Program-made: the position numbers and the translations under genes
The notes under the pieces: generated by a model
Databases searched by the model: none
Told to the model about the DNA's origin: nothing
Seen by the model: the letters and a program-made list of their open reading frames with translations, nothing else
DNA from: an uncultured Alphaproteobacteria bacterium
GTDB lineage: Bacteria > Pseudomonadota > Alphaproteobacteria > RF32 > CAG-239
Assembly (NCBI GenBank): GCA_910577205.1
Contig: CAJTMA010000008.1
Location: 2,575 to 66,574, forward strand
DNA: 64,000 bases
Direction: 5' to 3'
Shown here: one piece after another, positions 9,766 to 18,354 of the stretch
Layout: each line of letters opens with the position of its first letter
Numbering within the stretch: position 1 is the first letter of the stretch

Positions 9766-9962
9766 ACAGGAGAACAACATTAGATGTCCGCCAAACACAC
9801 AATAATTCGAGCAACAGTTGCGAGAAAGAATTGCGCATTTAACGGAATAGATAATATTTGTTCCACGGAGCGCAGAAGCGGAGTGTACACGATAGTACAT
9901 GAGCATTCGAGCACAGGAGAACAACATTAGATGTCCGCTAAATGCACAATAATTCTCGCAAC
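9766..9962 (+). repeat. 146-bp-period direct duplication of the SD, ATG and first codons of the radical SAM gene
   Basis: 9766-9816 and 9912-9962 differ at 5 of 51 positions: cacaggagaacaacattagatgtccgc(c/t)aaa(ca/tg)cacaataattc. The junctions share attcgagca. Confidence 0.85.
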
Positions 9963-11295
9963 CATTAATGCCCGCTACTCCCACACCTCCTTCGGGCTCA
10001 GATATTTGAAAGCAAACCTGCACAAATTTGAAGAATGCTGCCAAATAATGGAATTTAGCCACGACCTGATGGTTCAGGAAGTTGCCGAAACAATTATTAA
10101 CGGAAAACCGGATGTTGTCGGATTAAGCTGCTATATCTGGAACATTGAAGATATGCTACGCGTGGCAGAAATTATTAAGGCGATATTGCCCCAAACATTG
10201 CTGGTTTTTGGCGGGCCGGAAGTTTCATATGAATATGATGGATTTTTACCCTATTGCGATTATCTGATAAAAGGCGAAGGCGAATATGCCCTTTATCATT
10301 TGTTGCAAGCATGGCAAACAGGAAATTTGCCGAAAAATAAAGTTTTGGAAGAACCCGTCTGCGATGTCAACACGCTGAAACTGCCCTATTACCTCTATAG
10401 CGATGATGACATCGCCCACAGGCTGATTTATGTGGAAGCCACCCGCGGCTGCCCGTTCACTTGCGAATTTTGCTTATCATCCCTGTCACGCGGCGTAAGG
10501 GAATTCAACCTTGACAAGTTTCTGTCTGAGATGGAAATACTCATCAACCGCGGCGTTCGGCAGTTCAAGTTTGTAGACCGCACCTTTAACCTGAAATTCG
10601 CCAATGTCAAACGTATGTTAGACTTTTTTAAAACCCGTTGGCGCGAGGGCATGATTCTTCACTTTGAGATATTTCCGGATAAACTCAGCCCGCAAATGCT
10701 TGAAGAAATCAAAAATTTCCCAACCGGCGGCCTGCATTTGGAAGCAGGTGTGCAGAGTTTTTATGAGCCATCTCTTCAAGCCATCTCCCGCAGACAGGAT
10801 GAAGCCAAAACAATTGCCAACCTGAAATATATCAGCGAACAAACCGGGGCGGATATTCATGCCGACTTGGTTGCAGGACTGCCACACGCCACCTTTGCAA
10901 CTTTCGCCGAAGATTTCAACAAACTCTTTGCCTGTCGTCCGGCAGAGCTGCAAATTGGTATACTGAAACGTTTGCGCGGCGCGCCGATTGACCGCCACAC
11001 AGACATATTTAAAATGGTTTATTCCAAATATCCGCCATATGAAATTATGCAGACTTCCACAATGTCTTATAACGAGCTTCAACAGATAAAACGCCTCGCG
11101 CGTTATTTTGACATCTTCTACAATGCCGGAAATTTTAGGGAAGAAACCCAAAATCTGACAAGCTTTGCCGATTGGCTGGATTTCAGCAATTACATCTGGA
11201 CAAACTACAGGCAAACCCATAAAATATCCCTAAAACGCCAAGCCGAAATATTAAAGGACTATCTCAATGCGCGAAGAACTGCTGCCCTACTTTGA
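9931..11295 (+). CDS. B12-binding-domain radical SAM protein (DUF4080-type layout)
   Basis: 454 aa. An N-terminal B12-like segment (PDVVGLSCYIWN) precedes the CPFTCEFC CxxxCxxC cluster motif. Confidence 0.85.
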   Translation: MSAKCTIILATINARYSHTSFGLRYLKANLHKFEECCQIMEFSHDLMVQEVAETIINGKPDVVGLSCYIWNIEDMLRVAEIIKAILPQTLLVFGGPEVSYEYDGFLPYCDYLIKGEGEYALYHLLQAWQTGNLPKNKVLEEPVCDVNTLKLPYYLYSDDDIAHRLIYVEATRGCPFTCEFCLSSLSRGVREFNLDKFLSEMEILINRGVRQFKFVDRTFNLKFANVKRMLDFFKTRWREGMILHFEIFPDKLSPQMLEEIKNFPTGGLHLEAGVQSFYEPSLQAISRRQDEAKTIANLKYISEQTGADIHADLVAGLPHATFATFAEDFNKLFACRPAELQIGILKRLRGAPIDRHTDIFKMVYSKYPPYEIMQTSTMSYNELQQIKRLARYFDIFYNAGNFREETQNLTSFADWLDFSNYIWTNYRQTHKISLKRQAEILKDYLNARRTAALL

Positions 11296-12010
11296 AGAAC
11301 GCGAAACGCCGATAGATATGGTGGTACTTCACTGCAGCGCCTATAACGTCGAAACCATCATTAAGTGGATGCACGAATATCAGATAAGCGCCCATTATAT
11401 TATCGACGAGCAAGGCAACATAACCAAGCTGGTTAATGAATCAAAACGCGCTTATCACGCCGGGGCGGGATTTTGGCGCGGGAAAGAGCGCAGTCCCAAC
11501 TCCCGTTCCATAGGCATTGAACTTGTCAACTTCAGCCTTGGGCAAAACGCCTATGCTCCGGCTCAAATTGAAAAACTTATCTTTTTTCTAAAAAAACTGA
11601 TAAATAAATATCAAATCAGTCCGGAGATGATTGTCGGACATTCTGATATCACGCCATTGCGCAAAGCAGATCCCGGCAAAGCTTTTCCGTGGAAACAGCT
11701 TGCCAAAGCGGGCATCGGACTATGGTATCAGCCACGCAACGCAGAGAAAATGCACACCTCTGACATAAAAAATCTTTTAGCCACCATCGGCTATGACACT
11801 CGTACCCCTGAAGCTGTCAATGCCTCAGCTTATGCATTCTGCCGCCATTTCGCACCACAATTTGTCCATACAGATACTGATATTTTGCACCTTGTTGACC
11901 ACATATTGCCGGATAATTTTGATTTTATGAACACCCCAGAATTCCTCAAAATACTCAAAGCCACAGCGTATTCTTACACGACTGCCGCTAAACAAACAAA
12001 AATATTTTAG
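11267..12010 (+). CDS. N-acetylmuramoyl-L-alanine amidase, AmpD/amidase_2 family
   Basis: 247 aa with VVLHCSA, HYIIDEQG, AYHAGAG.WRG, SIGIELVN and GHSDI..KADPG..FPW. It overlaps the previous gene by 29 nt; an alternative ATG lies at 11318. Confidence 0.8.
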   Translation: MREELLPYFEERETPIDMVVLHCSAYNVETIIKWMHEYQISAHYIIDEQGNITKLVNESKRAYHAGAGFWRGKERSPNSRSIGIELVNFSLGQNAYAPAQIEKLIFFLKKLINKYQISPEMIVGHSDITPLRKADPGKAFPWKQLAKAGIGLWYQPRNAEKMHTSDIKNLLATIGYDTRTPEAVNASAYAFCRHFAPQFVHTDTDILHLVDHILPDNFDFMNTPEFLKILKATAYSYTTAAKQTKIF

Positions 12011-12046
12011 GTTGCATTTTAACAGCAAATACACTATTATTCTTCT

Positions 12047-12550
12047 ATGACTGATAATAAAACAACGCCAAATATTTTCTTTGTTGAAGCTTTATTGCAC
12101 CTACTATTTCTGATTGGTGCTTTTATGTTTATTAATCCTTGGATAAATTTTCCTTATCCTGACGGAAACAAATACGAATTAATCAAATATTACAGCTTAT
12201 TAACCACTGAAGTCAGCACAGTTTTTATATTGATTAGCTTGCCCTTTCCGCTAAAAGTCGACAGAGGACTTTTTTTACTTATAATTCTTGTCACTTTTCC
12301 AACATTTTTTATTTTTGCGAGATCAATACACGAACTTCTTATTGTAATAACTAAAGACAGCCAATCACCAGAAATCAAAATGTTTTTCAACTACTATAGC
12401 TATGCAAAAACACTTCCTCTCATCCTTTACATATTAGGTTACATTAACAAAAAACTGTTCTGGATTATGGCCTCCATCCCTATCGCCTGTTTCTTTTTTT
12501 CTGTCATCTGGTTTGAACTTTTCAGTAAACCTTTCTATTGGAATCAATAA
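12047..12550 (+). CDS. Small 4-TM membrane protein, paralog A (candidate immunity or holin-like)
   Basis: 167 aa with four hydrophobic segments. By eye it is about three quarters identical to 14594-15139, and the first 44 nt are identical. It shares the YILGYINKKLFW motif. Confidence 0.6.
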   Translation: MTDNKTTPNIFFVEALLHLLFLIGAFMFINPWINFPYPDGNKYELIKYYSLLTTEVSTVFILISLPFPLKVDRGLFLLIILVTFPTFFIFARSIHELLIVITKDSQSPEIKMFFNYYSYAKTLPLILYILGYINKKLFWIMASIPIACFFFSVIWFELFSKPFYWNQ

Positions 12551-12572
12551 TATCTTCATCCATTAATAACCA

Positions 12573-12610
12573 CAGGAAGATAAAATGAAAAACAACATTT
12601 TATCTTCCTG
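12573..12610. terminator. Bidirectional intrinsic terminator between convergent genes
   Basis: CAGGAAGATAAAATG-aaaaacaa-CATTTTATCTTCCTG, a perfect 15-bp stem. Confidence 0.75.
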
Positions 12611-12635
12611 ATATTTAGCTTACCTTCAATCAGAA

Positions 12636-14369
12636 TCAAAAATCTTCTTCGTCTGGTTCATCGTCGTGATTTTCTGATGCATAACTTGAACGGACATAAG
12701 ACTTGATTTCATCTTCCTTTTCATCTTTCAAATGATTAAACGCCGATGTCGTTTTATCACCGATATCATTATCTTCCTTAAGCGCTTCATACCCTGAAAC
12801 CTTTTGCCCAATCTCGTTTAACCCTTTCTGCAAAAAGCTTCCACCATCATTAGGACGAATAGACGACATTGTCTGCTGAAGCGTTTCTTTCTCAAACGGC
12901 TGTTGACGTTTTTGCTCCATCACATTGGATAATCCGCCATACCCAATACTTTGCTTCACCTTATCCACACCATAACGGCTCAAAGCCTCCTTCGTGCGGG
13001 AAGTTGTTTTAGCACCCAAAATACCATCTTCCTTTAAGGCAGAACCATCACCAAAAGAATTCAACCCTTTTTGTAAAGATTTAACTCCCAAAGGTGCAGC
13101 TTGCTTTGCAACAGCTTCATATGCCTGATTAAGTGTCATTCCGCCATTCAGCCGCAACTCACTTCGTTCTTGTGCTTGAGCTTTTTTGGGCTCAGAAACT
13201 AATTGCCGGCCAAATTCATCACGTTTGACAGCCTCCGTACCGTAATAATGATCATACCACTTTCCCTGCATCTCATCCGCCTGCTTTTTACGTCTAATAT
13301 CCTTATTTTCATAAAGATAATGGCGCATTCCGCTTTTCAATTCCTCCTCGGTAATCTGCTCCACCGGCTTATACAAAATATCTTCATCAGGATTATTATG
13401 CTTTTTTAACGCCTCTAAAATAGAATTTTCTTCAACAGAATATTCCTCAGGCTTAGCGATGGCTGACAATTTATCACCGGACAACGGCGTAACCGATTTC
13501 TCATCAGGCTTAGGCGACTGCAGTGCAACTTGACGGTCAGCCCTTTGCGGCAGATTAATCCGTGTCCCCTCTTTCAAGCTCATGTTTTCATTAAAACTGG
13601 CATAGGCCGGATTGATTTGCGCATCACGCTGCAGATTTTGAACCATATCTTCTTTAGAAATCCCATGCTTATCTCCGATTTGCGCCAAATCCTCGCCTGC
13701 TTTGGCTTTCACGCTTCGGGTTTCCAAATTCTTCTCATCATAGCGTCGCAACTTATCTCGATTTTCCCAAATCTCACGCTGCAAATCTTCTTTCGTCAGC
13801 TTCGCCCCATATTTATTAAATAAATCAATACCGATTTCCACCATCGGACTATCTTTACTATCAAAATCAACCCAATCTAAATGTTTTAACCTTTCAACAC
13901 CCCATTGCCCAAAGTCATCAGTCACAGCCCCTCCTTTGGTTACCAAGTCATTATACCCCGCTGCTGCTAAAGTATACCCATAGGAAATATTTCCCCAAAA
14001 ATCATGATCATAAATATACGAATTATCTCCCGGAATCTTACCACCAAACACCACCGGCTGTCGTCCCGAAGAATTAATCTCATCTTTCCGATAATAACTT
14101 GGCAAAATCTTTTTCATCGCTGGTTTATGATCCCATGCCCCTATTCGATCACCTTTACTTGTAGAATTACGGTAAACCTGTTTCAGATTTGATATATCTT
14201 TTGACCGCAATAAATAGCCATTCCCTAAAATTGATTTTTTATTATCCTCTCGCATTCTAAGTATTTCAGGATCACTATGACGTGACATCATATCTTGATA
14301 AACCCTCTCCAATGCTTTTTCATAGTCTTCCACATCAATTTTATTACTTTTAGCAATATCATTTTTCAT
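12636..14369 (-). CDS. LysM plus two PG_binding_1-like repeats protein with an unassigned N-terminal ~230-aa domain (cell-wall-targeting effector or lysin candidate)
   Basis: The start is set at ATG 14369 (MKNDIAKSNK, GGAGAT SD), because the track extension to 14474 runs through terminator hairpins. A LysM-like segment reads GEDLAQIGDKHGISKEDMVQNL..LKEGTRINLP. Two repeats follow: LQKGLNSFGDGSALKEDGILGAKTT and LQKGLNEIGQKVSGYEALKEDNDIGDKTT. There is no signal peptide and the tail is acidic. Confidence 0.7.
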   Translation of the reverse strand: MKNDIAKSNKIDVEDYEKALERVYQDMMSRHSDPEILRMREDNKKSILGNGYLLRSKDISNLKQVYRNSTSKGDRIGAWDHKPAMKKILPSYYRKDEINSSGRQPVVFGGKIPGDNSYIYDHDFWGNISYGYTLAAAGYNDLVTKGGAVTDDFGQWGVERLKHLDWVDFDSKDSPMVEIGIDLFNKYGAKLTKEDLQREIWENRDKLRRYDEKNLETRSVKAKAGEDLAQIGDKHGISKEDMVQNLQRDAQINPAYASFNENMSLKEGTRINLPQRADRQVALQSPKPDEKSVTPLSGDKLSAIAKPEEYSVEENSILEALKKHNNPDEDILYKPVEQITEEELKSGMRHYLYENKDIRRKKQADEMQGKWYDHYYGTEAVKRDEFGRQLVSEPKKAQAQERSELRLNGGMTLNQAYEAVAKQAAPLGVKSLQKGLNSFGDGSALKEDGILGAKTTSRTKEALSRYGVDKVKQSIGYGGLSNVMEQKRQQPFEKETLQQTMSSIRPNDGGSFLQKGLNEIGQKVSGYEALKEDNDIGDKTTSAFNHLKDEKEDEIKSYVRSSYASENHDDEPDEEDF

Positions 14370-14385
14370 AAGCTTTATATCTCCA

Positions 14386-14444
14386 TAAAAAAAATCCGCC
14401 AAAAATGGCGGATAAATAAAAAACCCCGAACCAGACAGTCGAGG
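14386..14444 (-). terminator. Two tandem intrinsic-terminator-like hairpins inside the 5' leader of the LysM gene
   Basis: Read on the minus strand, the first is CCTCGA-ctgtctggt-TCGGGG followed by TTTTTTATTT. The second is ATCCGCC-attttt-GGCGGAT followed by TTTTTTTT. The second U-tract ends 16 nt before the ATG. Confidence 0.6.
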
Positions 14445-14593
14445 AGTTAAGGACACACTTATAGCAAGTGGCAATTAAACTTTTAGACTAAAACCACAAC
14501 AAAATCAAGAATAAAATCCTAAAATCCACAATAAATATAAATTGATTTAAAATTACTTATTGCACTTTAAATTTTAATCTTTACAATAGGCTT

Positions 14594-15139
14594 ATGACTG
14601 ATAATAAAACAACGCCAAATATTTTCTTTGTTGAAGCATTATTACACCTGCTGGTTCTTACTAATGCCTTTATGTTTTTTAACCCGTGGATTAATTTTCC
14701 TTATCCTAGCGAAAACAAATACGAATTAATCAAATACTACAGTTTATTAACAATAGAAGTAAGCTCGGCCTTTCTGCTGATTACCATGCAGTTCCGACTA
14801 AAAGTCGATAGAGGACTTTTTTTACTCATAATTCTTGTCATTTTTCCGACATTCTTTATATTTGGAAAATCAATGCAAGAACTTTTTAATATATTAGCCA
14901 AAGATAACCAATCACCAGAAATCCACACTTTTTTTAAACATTATATTTTTAAATATTATAATCGATATGTATCAATAACCCCTCTAATCATTTACATATC
15001 AGGCTACATTAATAAAAAACTGTTCTGGATTATAGCATCCATCCCCATTGCCTGTTTCTTTTTTTCTGTTATCTGGTTTTTCATATTGAGCGAACCTCTA
15101 TACTATTCTCATCTTGGGGATAATACTTTTACTCGTTAG
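14594..15139 (+). CDS. Small 4-TM membrane protein, paralog B
   Basis: 181 aa. It opens MTDNKTTPNIFFVEALLHLL as in paralog A and carries YISGYINKKLFWIIASIPIACFFFSVIWF. Confidence 0.6.
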   Translation: MTDNKTTPNIFFVEALLHLLVLTNAFMFFNPWINFPYPSENKYELIKYYSLLTIEVSSAFLLITMQFRLKVDRGLFLLIILVIFPTFFIFGKSMQELFNILAKDNQSPEIHTFFKHYIFKYYNRYVSITPLIIYISGYINKKLFWIIASIPIACFFFSVIWFFILSEPLYYSHLGDNTFTR

Positions 15140-15231
15140 CATATATTAAAGTCCGATTATCGCCCAGCAACATCCTTTGCTTATTGCATATAACCATTGC
15201 TTTTTTTTAATTTACACAATATACTGTTTTC

Positions 15232-15705
15232 ATGATAAATCTTAAGAAACTACATCGCCCTTTTCAGCTAGTGCTCCATTTAGCGCTTCTTTTTATCATT
15301 GTGATAAATATCACACCAATAATAAATCACTATATTCCAGGCTCTCAAGACTGCAAAAAAATACATGACTACAGTTTACAAATTGTCTGCCTAAGTACAA
15401 TCTTCTTTCTCATAACAATGCAATGGCAACAGAAAGTTCACAACTTCGCGCTAACATCCATTATCTTATGTACTTTATTTAATATGTTGCTGTCAGCCGC
15501 TTGCATCCACCGGCATTTTATGATTTATACTTTTGGCCCTCTGCCAACGTCAATAGAGCTTATCCTTTTAACTTCATCCAAGATGGGCTTTCTCGCCCTG
15601 CTCATCTATATTTCCGGCTTTATTAACAAAAAACTGTTCTGGAGCTTAGCCACATTTTCACTTTTATATATGCTGTCCGTGTTCATATATTACTGGGATA
15701 TGTAA
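15232..15705 (+). CDS. Small 4-TM membrane protein, divergent paralog C
   Basis: 157 aa. It has the same topology and the YISGFINKKLFW motif but is otherwise diverged. Confidence 0.55.
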   Translation: MINLKKLHRPFQLVLHLALLFIIVINITPIINHYIPGSQDCKKIHDYSLQIVCLSTIFFLITMQWQQKVHNFALTSIILCTLFNMLLSAACIHRHFMIYTFGPLPTSIELILLTSSKMGFLALLIYISGFINKKLFWSLATFSLLYMLSVFIYYWDM

Positions 15706-15723
15706 ACCAGATTATTTATCCCG

Positions 15724-16182
15724 TCACACAAAATTAAACGCATCCAACACACCCTGCAAAATATAGGCGGCCGCTCCGGCATCCAGTGATTTTTTACGTT
15801 TTGAGCGGGACAAATCAGCTTCTTTAATCATCATATTTTCCACCGCTGAAGACGACAATCTCTCATCCCAGAAAAAATAAGGAAGTTTAACCTCCTGAGC
15901 CAAGCGCTGCGCAAACTTGCGAACCTCCTGCGCAATATCCCCTTCTTCCCCATTCATCTGCAAAGGCAGGCCATAAACAATGCCGCCAATTTCTTTTTCT
16001 CTGATAATTTTCTGAATCTCAGCCAAATCCGCTTGAAAATTCCCGCGTTGAATAATCTTATACGGCGTTGCCGTCATCAACAGCAAATCAGAAACCGCAA
16101 CACCCAAACGTTTTGAACCATAATCAAACCCCAACAAGGCTTTGTATGGTTTCAACTGTGTTTTAAATTCTGCAATGGTCAT
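15724..16182 (-). CDS. ruvX: Holliday-junction-resolvase-like / pre-16S rRNA nuclease YqgF
   Basis: 152 aa. LGFDYGSKRLGVAVSD at the N-terminus is typical of the YqgF family. Confidence 0.85.
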   Translation of the reverse strand: MTIAEFKTQLKPYKALLGFDYGSKRLGVAVSDLLLMTATPYKIIQRGNFQADLAEIQKIIREKEIGGIVYGLPLQMNGEEGDIAQEVRKFAQRLAQEVKLPYFFWDERLSSSAVENMMIKEADLSRSKRKKSLDAGAAAYILQGVLDAFNFV

Positions 16183-16333
16183 TTTGCCTCCTCAACTCAA
16201 GGGTAAACGAAAAAACAAATTAGTCAATCCGTATTAATTATCCCAAACTAAACCATATGATAATGGAAAATTAATACTCTGCGATTAATATAATGCTCAA
16301 TGGAAAACCCTGTTTTAAAATGGTGATAACACA

Positions 16334-17638
16334 ATGAAACTCAGATACTTTTTAGCACTGGCTTTATGCCTGTTCTGCACCCCGGCCAAAGCCGAATTGC
16401 AGATTGATGTCAATGGCGCAATGCGTGACCCGCTGCCCATTGCCTTTCCTGAAATGATTCACGAAGGATTCTTCCTCGGACAAACCGGCAATAAAATCCG
16501 CGACGTCGTCATTGCAGACTTAGAGCGCTCCGGCCTGTTTAAAATCATTCCCGAGGGGAGCTATATCCAAACGCTGACCTCCATCAACGAACAACCAAAC
16601 TTCGTAGACTGGAAAGCTATTAATGCCCACGCTCTGGTTCAAAGCGCCATTACGGAAATTGACAGCAATCATTTGAGAATTGAATTTCGCCTGTGGGACA
16701 TTTATGCCCAAAACCAACTTAAAGGGCAATCTTTCACCACCACTAAAAACAACTGGCGGCGGGTCGCCCACGTTATTGCCGACGCTATTTATGAACGTCT
16801 GACCGGTGAAAAAGGCTATTTTGACACCCGCATTGTTTATGTTTCAGAAACAGGTCCCAAAACCAAACGCACCAAACGTCTGGCAATTATGGATCAGGAT
16901 GGTGAAAACCATAAATTCCTCACTTCTGGAAGCTCTATGGTGCTGACACCGCGTTTCTCACCGAACCTGCAAAAAGTAACCTATATGTCTTATGCCGGCG
17001 ATACGCCTCGCGTGTATATTTTGGATATTGAAACCGGGCGTCAGGAACTTCTCGGCAATTTCCCGGGCATGACCTTTGCGCCGCGTTTCTCACCCGACAG
17101 CAACAAAGTCGTTTTGAGTTACGCTTCTCGCGGCAAAAGTAACATTTATGAAATGGATTTACGCAGCCGTACCAGCAAACAACTGACCTCCGGCAGTGCC
17201 ATCGACACCTCGCCGAGTTATTCTCCTGACGGTGAAAAAATTGTCTTCAACTCTGACCGCGGCGGCAACCAGCAGCTTTATGTCATGAACGCCGACGGCA
17301 GCGACATCCACCGCATCAGCTTCGGCTCAGGCCGCTATGCAACGCCGGTATGGTCCCCGCGCGGCGACTACATCGCCTTCACGAAAATGGCCGGCGGACA
17401 ATTCTATATTGGCGTCATGTATCCTGATGGCTCCGGCGAACGCCTGTTGGCCAGCGGTTTTCTGGTCGAAGGCCCAACCTGGTCGCCAAACGGCCGCGTC
17501 CTGATGTATTTCCGCCAGGACAGCAGCACCGCTTCCCCGGTCAAAATTTATTCAATTGACCTGACCGGATACAACGAACGGCAGATTGTTACCCCGGGCG
17601 AAGGCTCTGACCCGGCATGGTCACCGCTTCTGCCTTAA
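16334..17638 (+). CDS. tolB: Tol-Pal system beta-propeller protein TolB
   Basis: 434 aa. It has a signal peptide and repeated SPxxSPDG/WSP.G propeller blades ([32 protein letters not shown]). Confidence 0.92.
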   Translation: MKLRYFLALALCLFCTPAKAELQIDVNGAMRDPLPIAFPEMIHEGFFLGQTGNKIRDVVIADLERSGLFKIIPEGSYIQTLTSINEQPNFVDWKAINAHALVQSAITEIDSNHLRIEFRLWDIYAQNQLKGQSFTTTKNNWRRVAHVIADAIYERLTGEKGYFDTRIVYVSETGPKTKRTKRLAIMDQDGENHKFLTSGSSMVLTPRFSPNLQKVTYMSYAGDTPRVYILDIETGRQELLGNFPGMTFAPRFSPDSNKVVLSYASRGKSNIYEMDLRSRTSKQLTSGSAIDTSPSYSPDGEKIVFNSDRGGNQQLYVMNADGSDIHRISFGSGRYATPVWSPRGDYIAFTKMAGGQFYIGVMYPDGSGERLLASGFLVEGPTWSPNGRVLMYFRQDSSTASPVKIYSIDLTGYNERQIVTPGEGSDPAWSPLLP

Positions 17639-17648
17639 AATCACCATT

Positions 17649-17672
17649 CCCCCTCTGCCAAAGCAGAGGGGG
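17649..17672 (+). terminator. Hairpin after tolB
   Basis: CCCCCTCTGC-caaa-GCAGAGGGGG, a perfect 10-bp stem. The U-tract is poor. Confidence 0.45.
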
Positions 17673-17692
17673 ATATTCATATTGAGAAAACT

Positions 17693-18328
17693 ATGGCTAA
17701 AATAAAATATTGTATTTGGGATGTTGGCAACGTTATCTATAATTATACCCTAGAACCGTTGCATAACTGGTGCGAACAGCATACCGCCGACTTAGACACC
17801 TTTCGCCGCAACAAAGGAAAATTTAATTATAATGCATACATGAAAGGACAAGTTCCTTACCCTGAACTATGCCGCCAAATCTGCGAATTTTATGCAGTGC
17901 CTTATCACAAAAATCACCCTATTGAAATAAATAAAGCCTTTCATGCCGGAATAAAAAACTACCACCCGCAAACCCGCCAAATACAGGAAGAACTGCAGCG
18001 CCAGGGCATACCAAACTGTATCTTGTCAAATGCCCTGCCGATTCTGGCTGATGACAACAAAGCCGCAGACCTAATCCCCCCCGAACGCCAGTTTTGTTCA
18101 TTTGACTTAGGCTTGCTGAAACCCGATCCGGAAATCTATCGCGCCGTACAACAAAAACTGGGCTGCCGATTTGAAGAACTGATTTTTGTCGACGACAAAC
18201 ATAAAAATACCCAAGCTGCCGCCGAATTAGGAATCCACGCCATCACCTTCAAACCTCAAACAATAATTGATGAAATTCATCAAATCATCTCGCCGCATAA
18301 TATACCGATTAAAAATAAAACAAGATAA
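17693..18328 (+). CDS. HAD-superfamily hydrolase (subfamily IA-like)
   Basis: 211 aa. Motif I is WDVGNVIY; LLKPDPEIY and FVDDKHKN are also present. Confidence 0.7.
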   Translation: MAKIKYCIWDVGNVIYNYTLEPLHNWCEQHTADLDTFRRNKGKFNYNAYMKGQVPYPELCRQICEFYAVPYHKNHPIEINKAFHAGIKNYHPQTRQIQEELQRQGIPNCILSNALPILADDNKAADLIPPERQFCSFDLGLLKPDPEIYRAVQQKLGCRFEELIFVDDKHKNTQAAAELGIHAITFKPQTIIDEIHQIISPHNIPIKNKTR

Positions 18329-18354
18329 AATTTAAGGATTCAATCGGATACTAC

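Noticed and set aside
9785-9930. 48-aa Cys-containing upstream ORF as a RiPP precursor for the adjacent radical SAM enzyme.
   Set aside because: Its N-terminus is merely a duplicated copy of the enzyme's own first codons, and the rest is translated from a repeat hairpin. No leader/core logic or other RiPP genes are present. I keep it only as a translational-coupling curiosity.
9382-10062. 226-aa minus-strand ORF spanning the djlA-like 3' end, the repeat region and the radical SAM 5' end.
   Set aside because: It is antisense to two well-supported genes and runs through repeat DNA. It has no SD and its composition is low-complexity and Cys-rich. It is a shadow ORF.
14370-14474. N-terminal 35-codon extension of the LysM ORF (MPLAISVSLTPRLSGSGFFIYPPFLADFFYGDIKL).
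   Set aside because: The extension is translated from the two terminator hairpins and their U-tracts. A much better start (GGAGAT SD plus ATG 14369) lies downstream.
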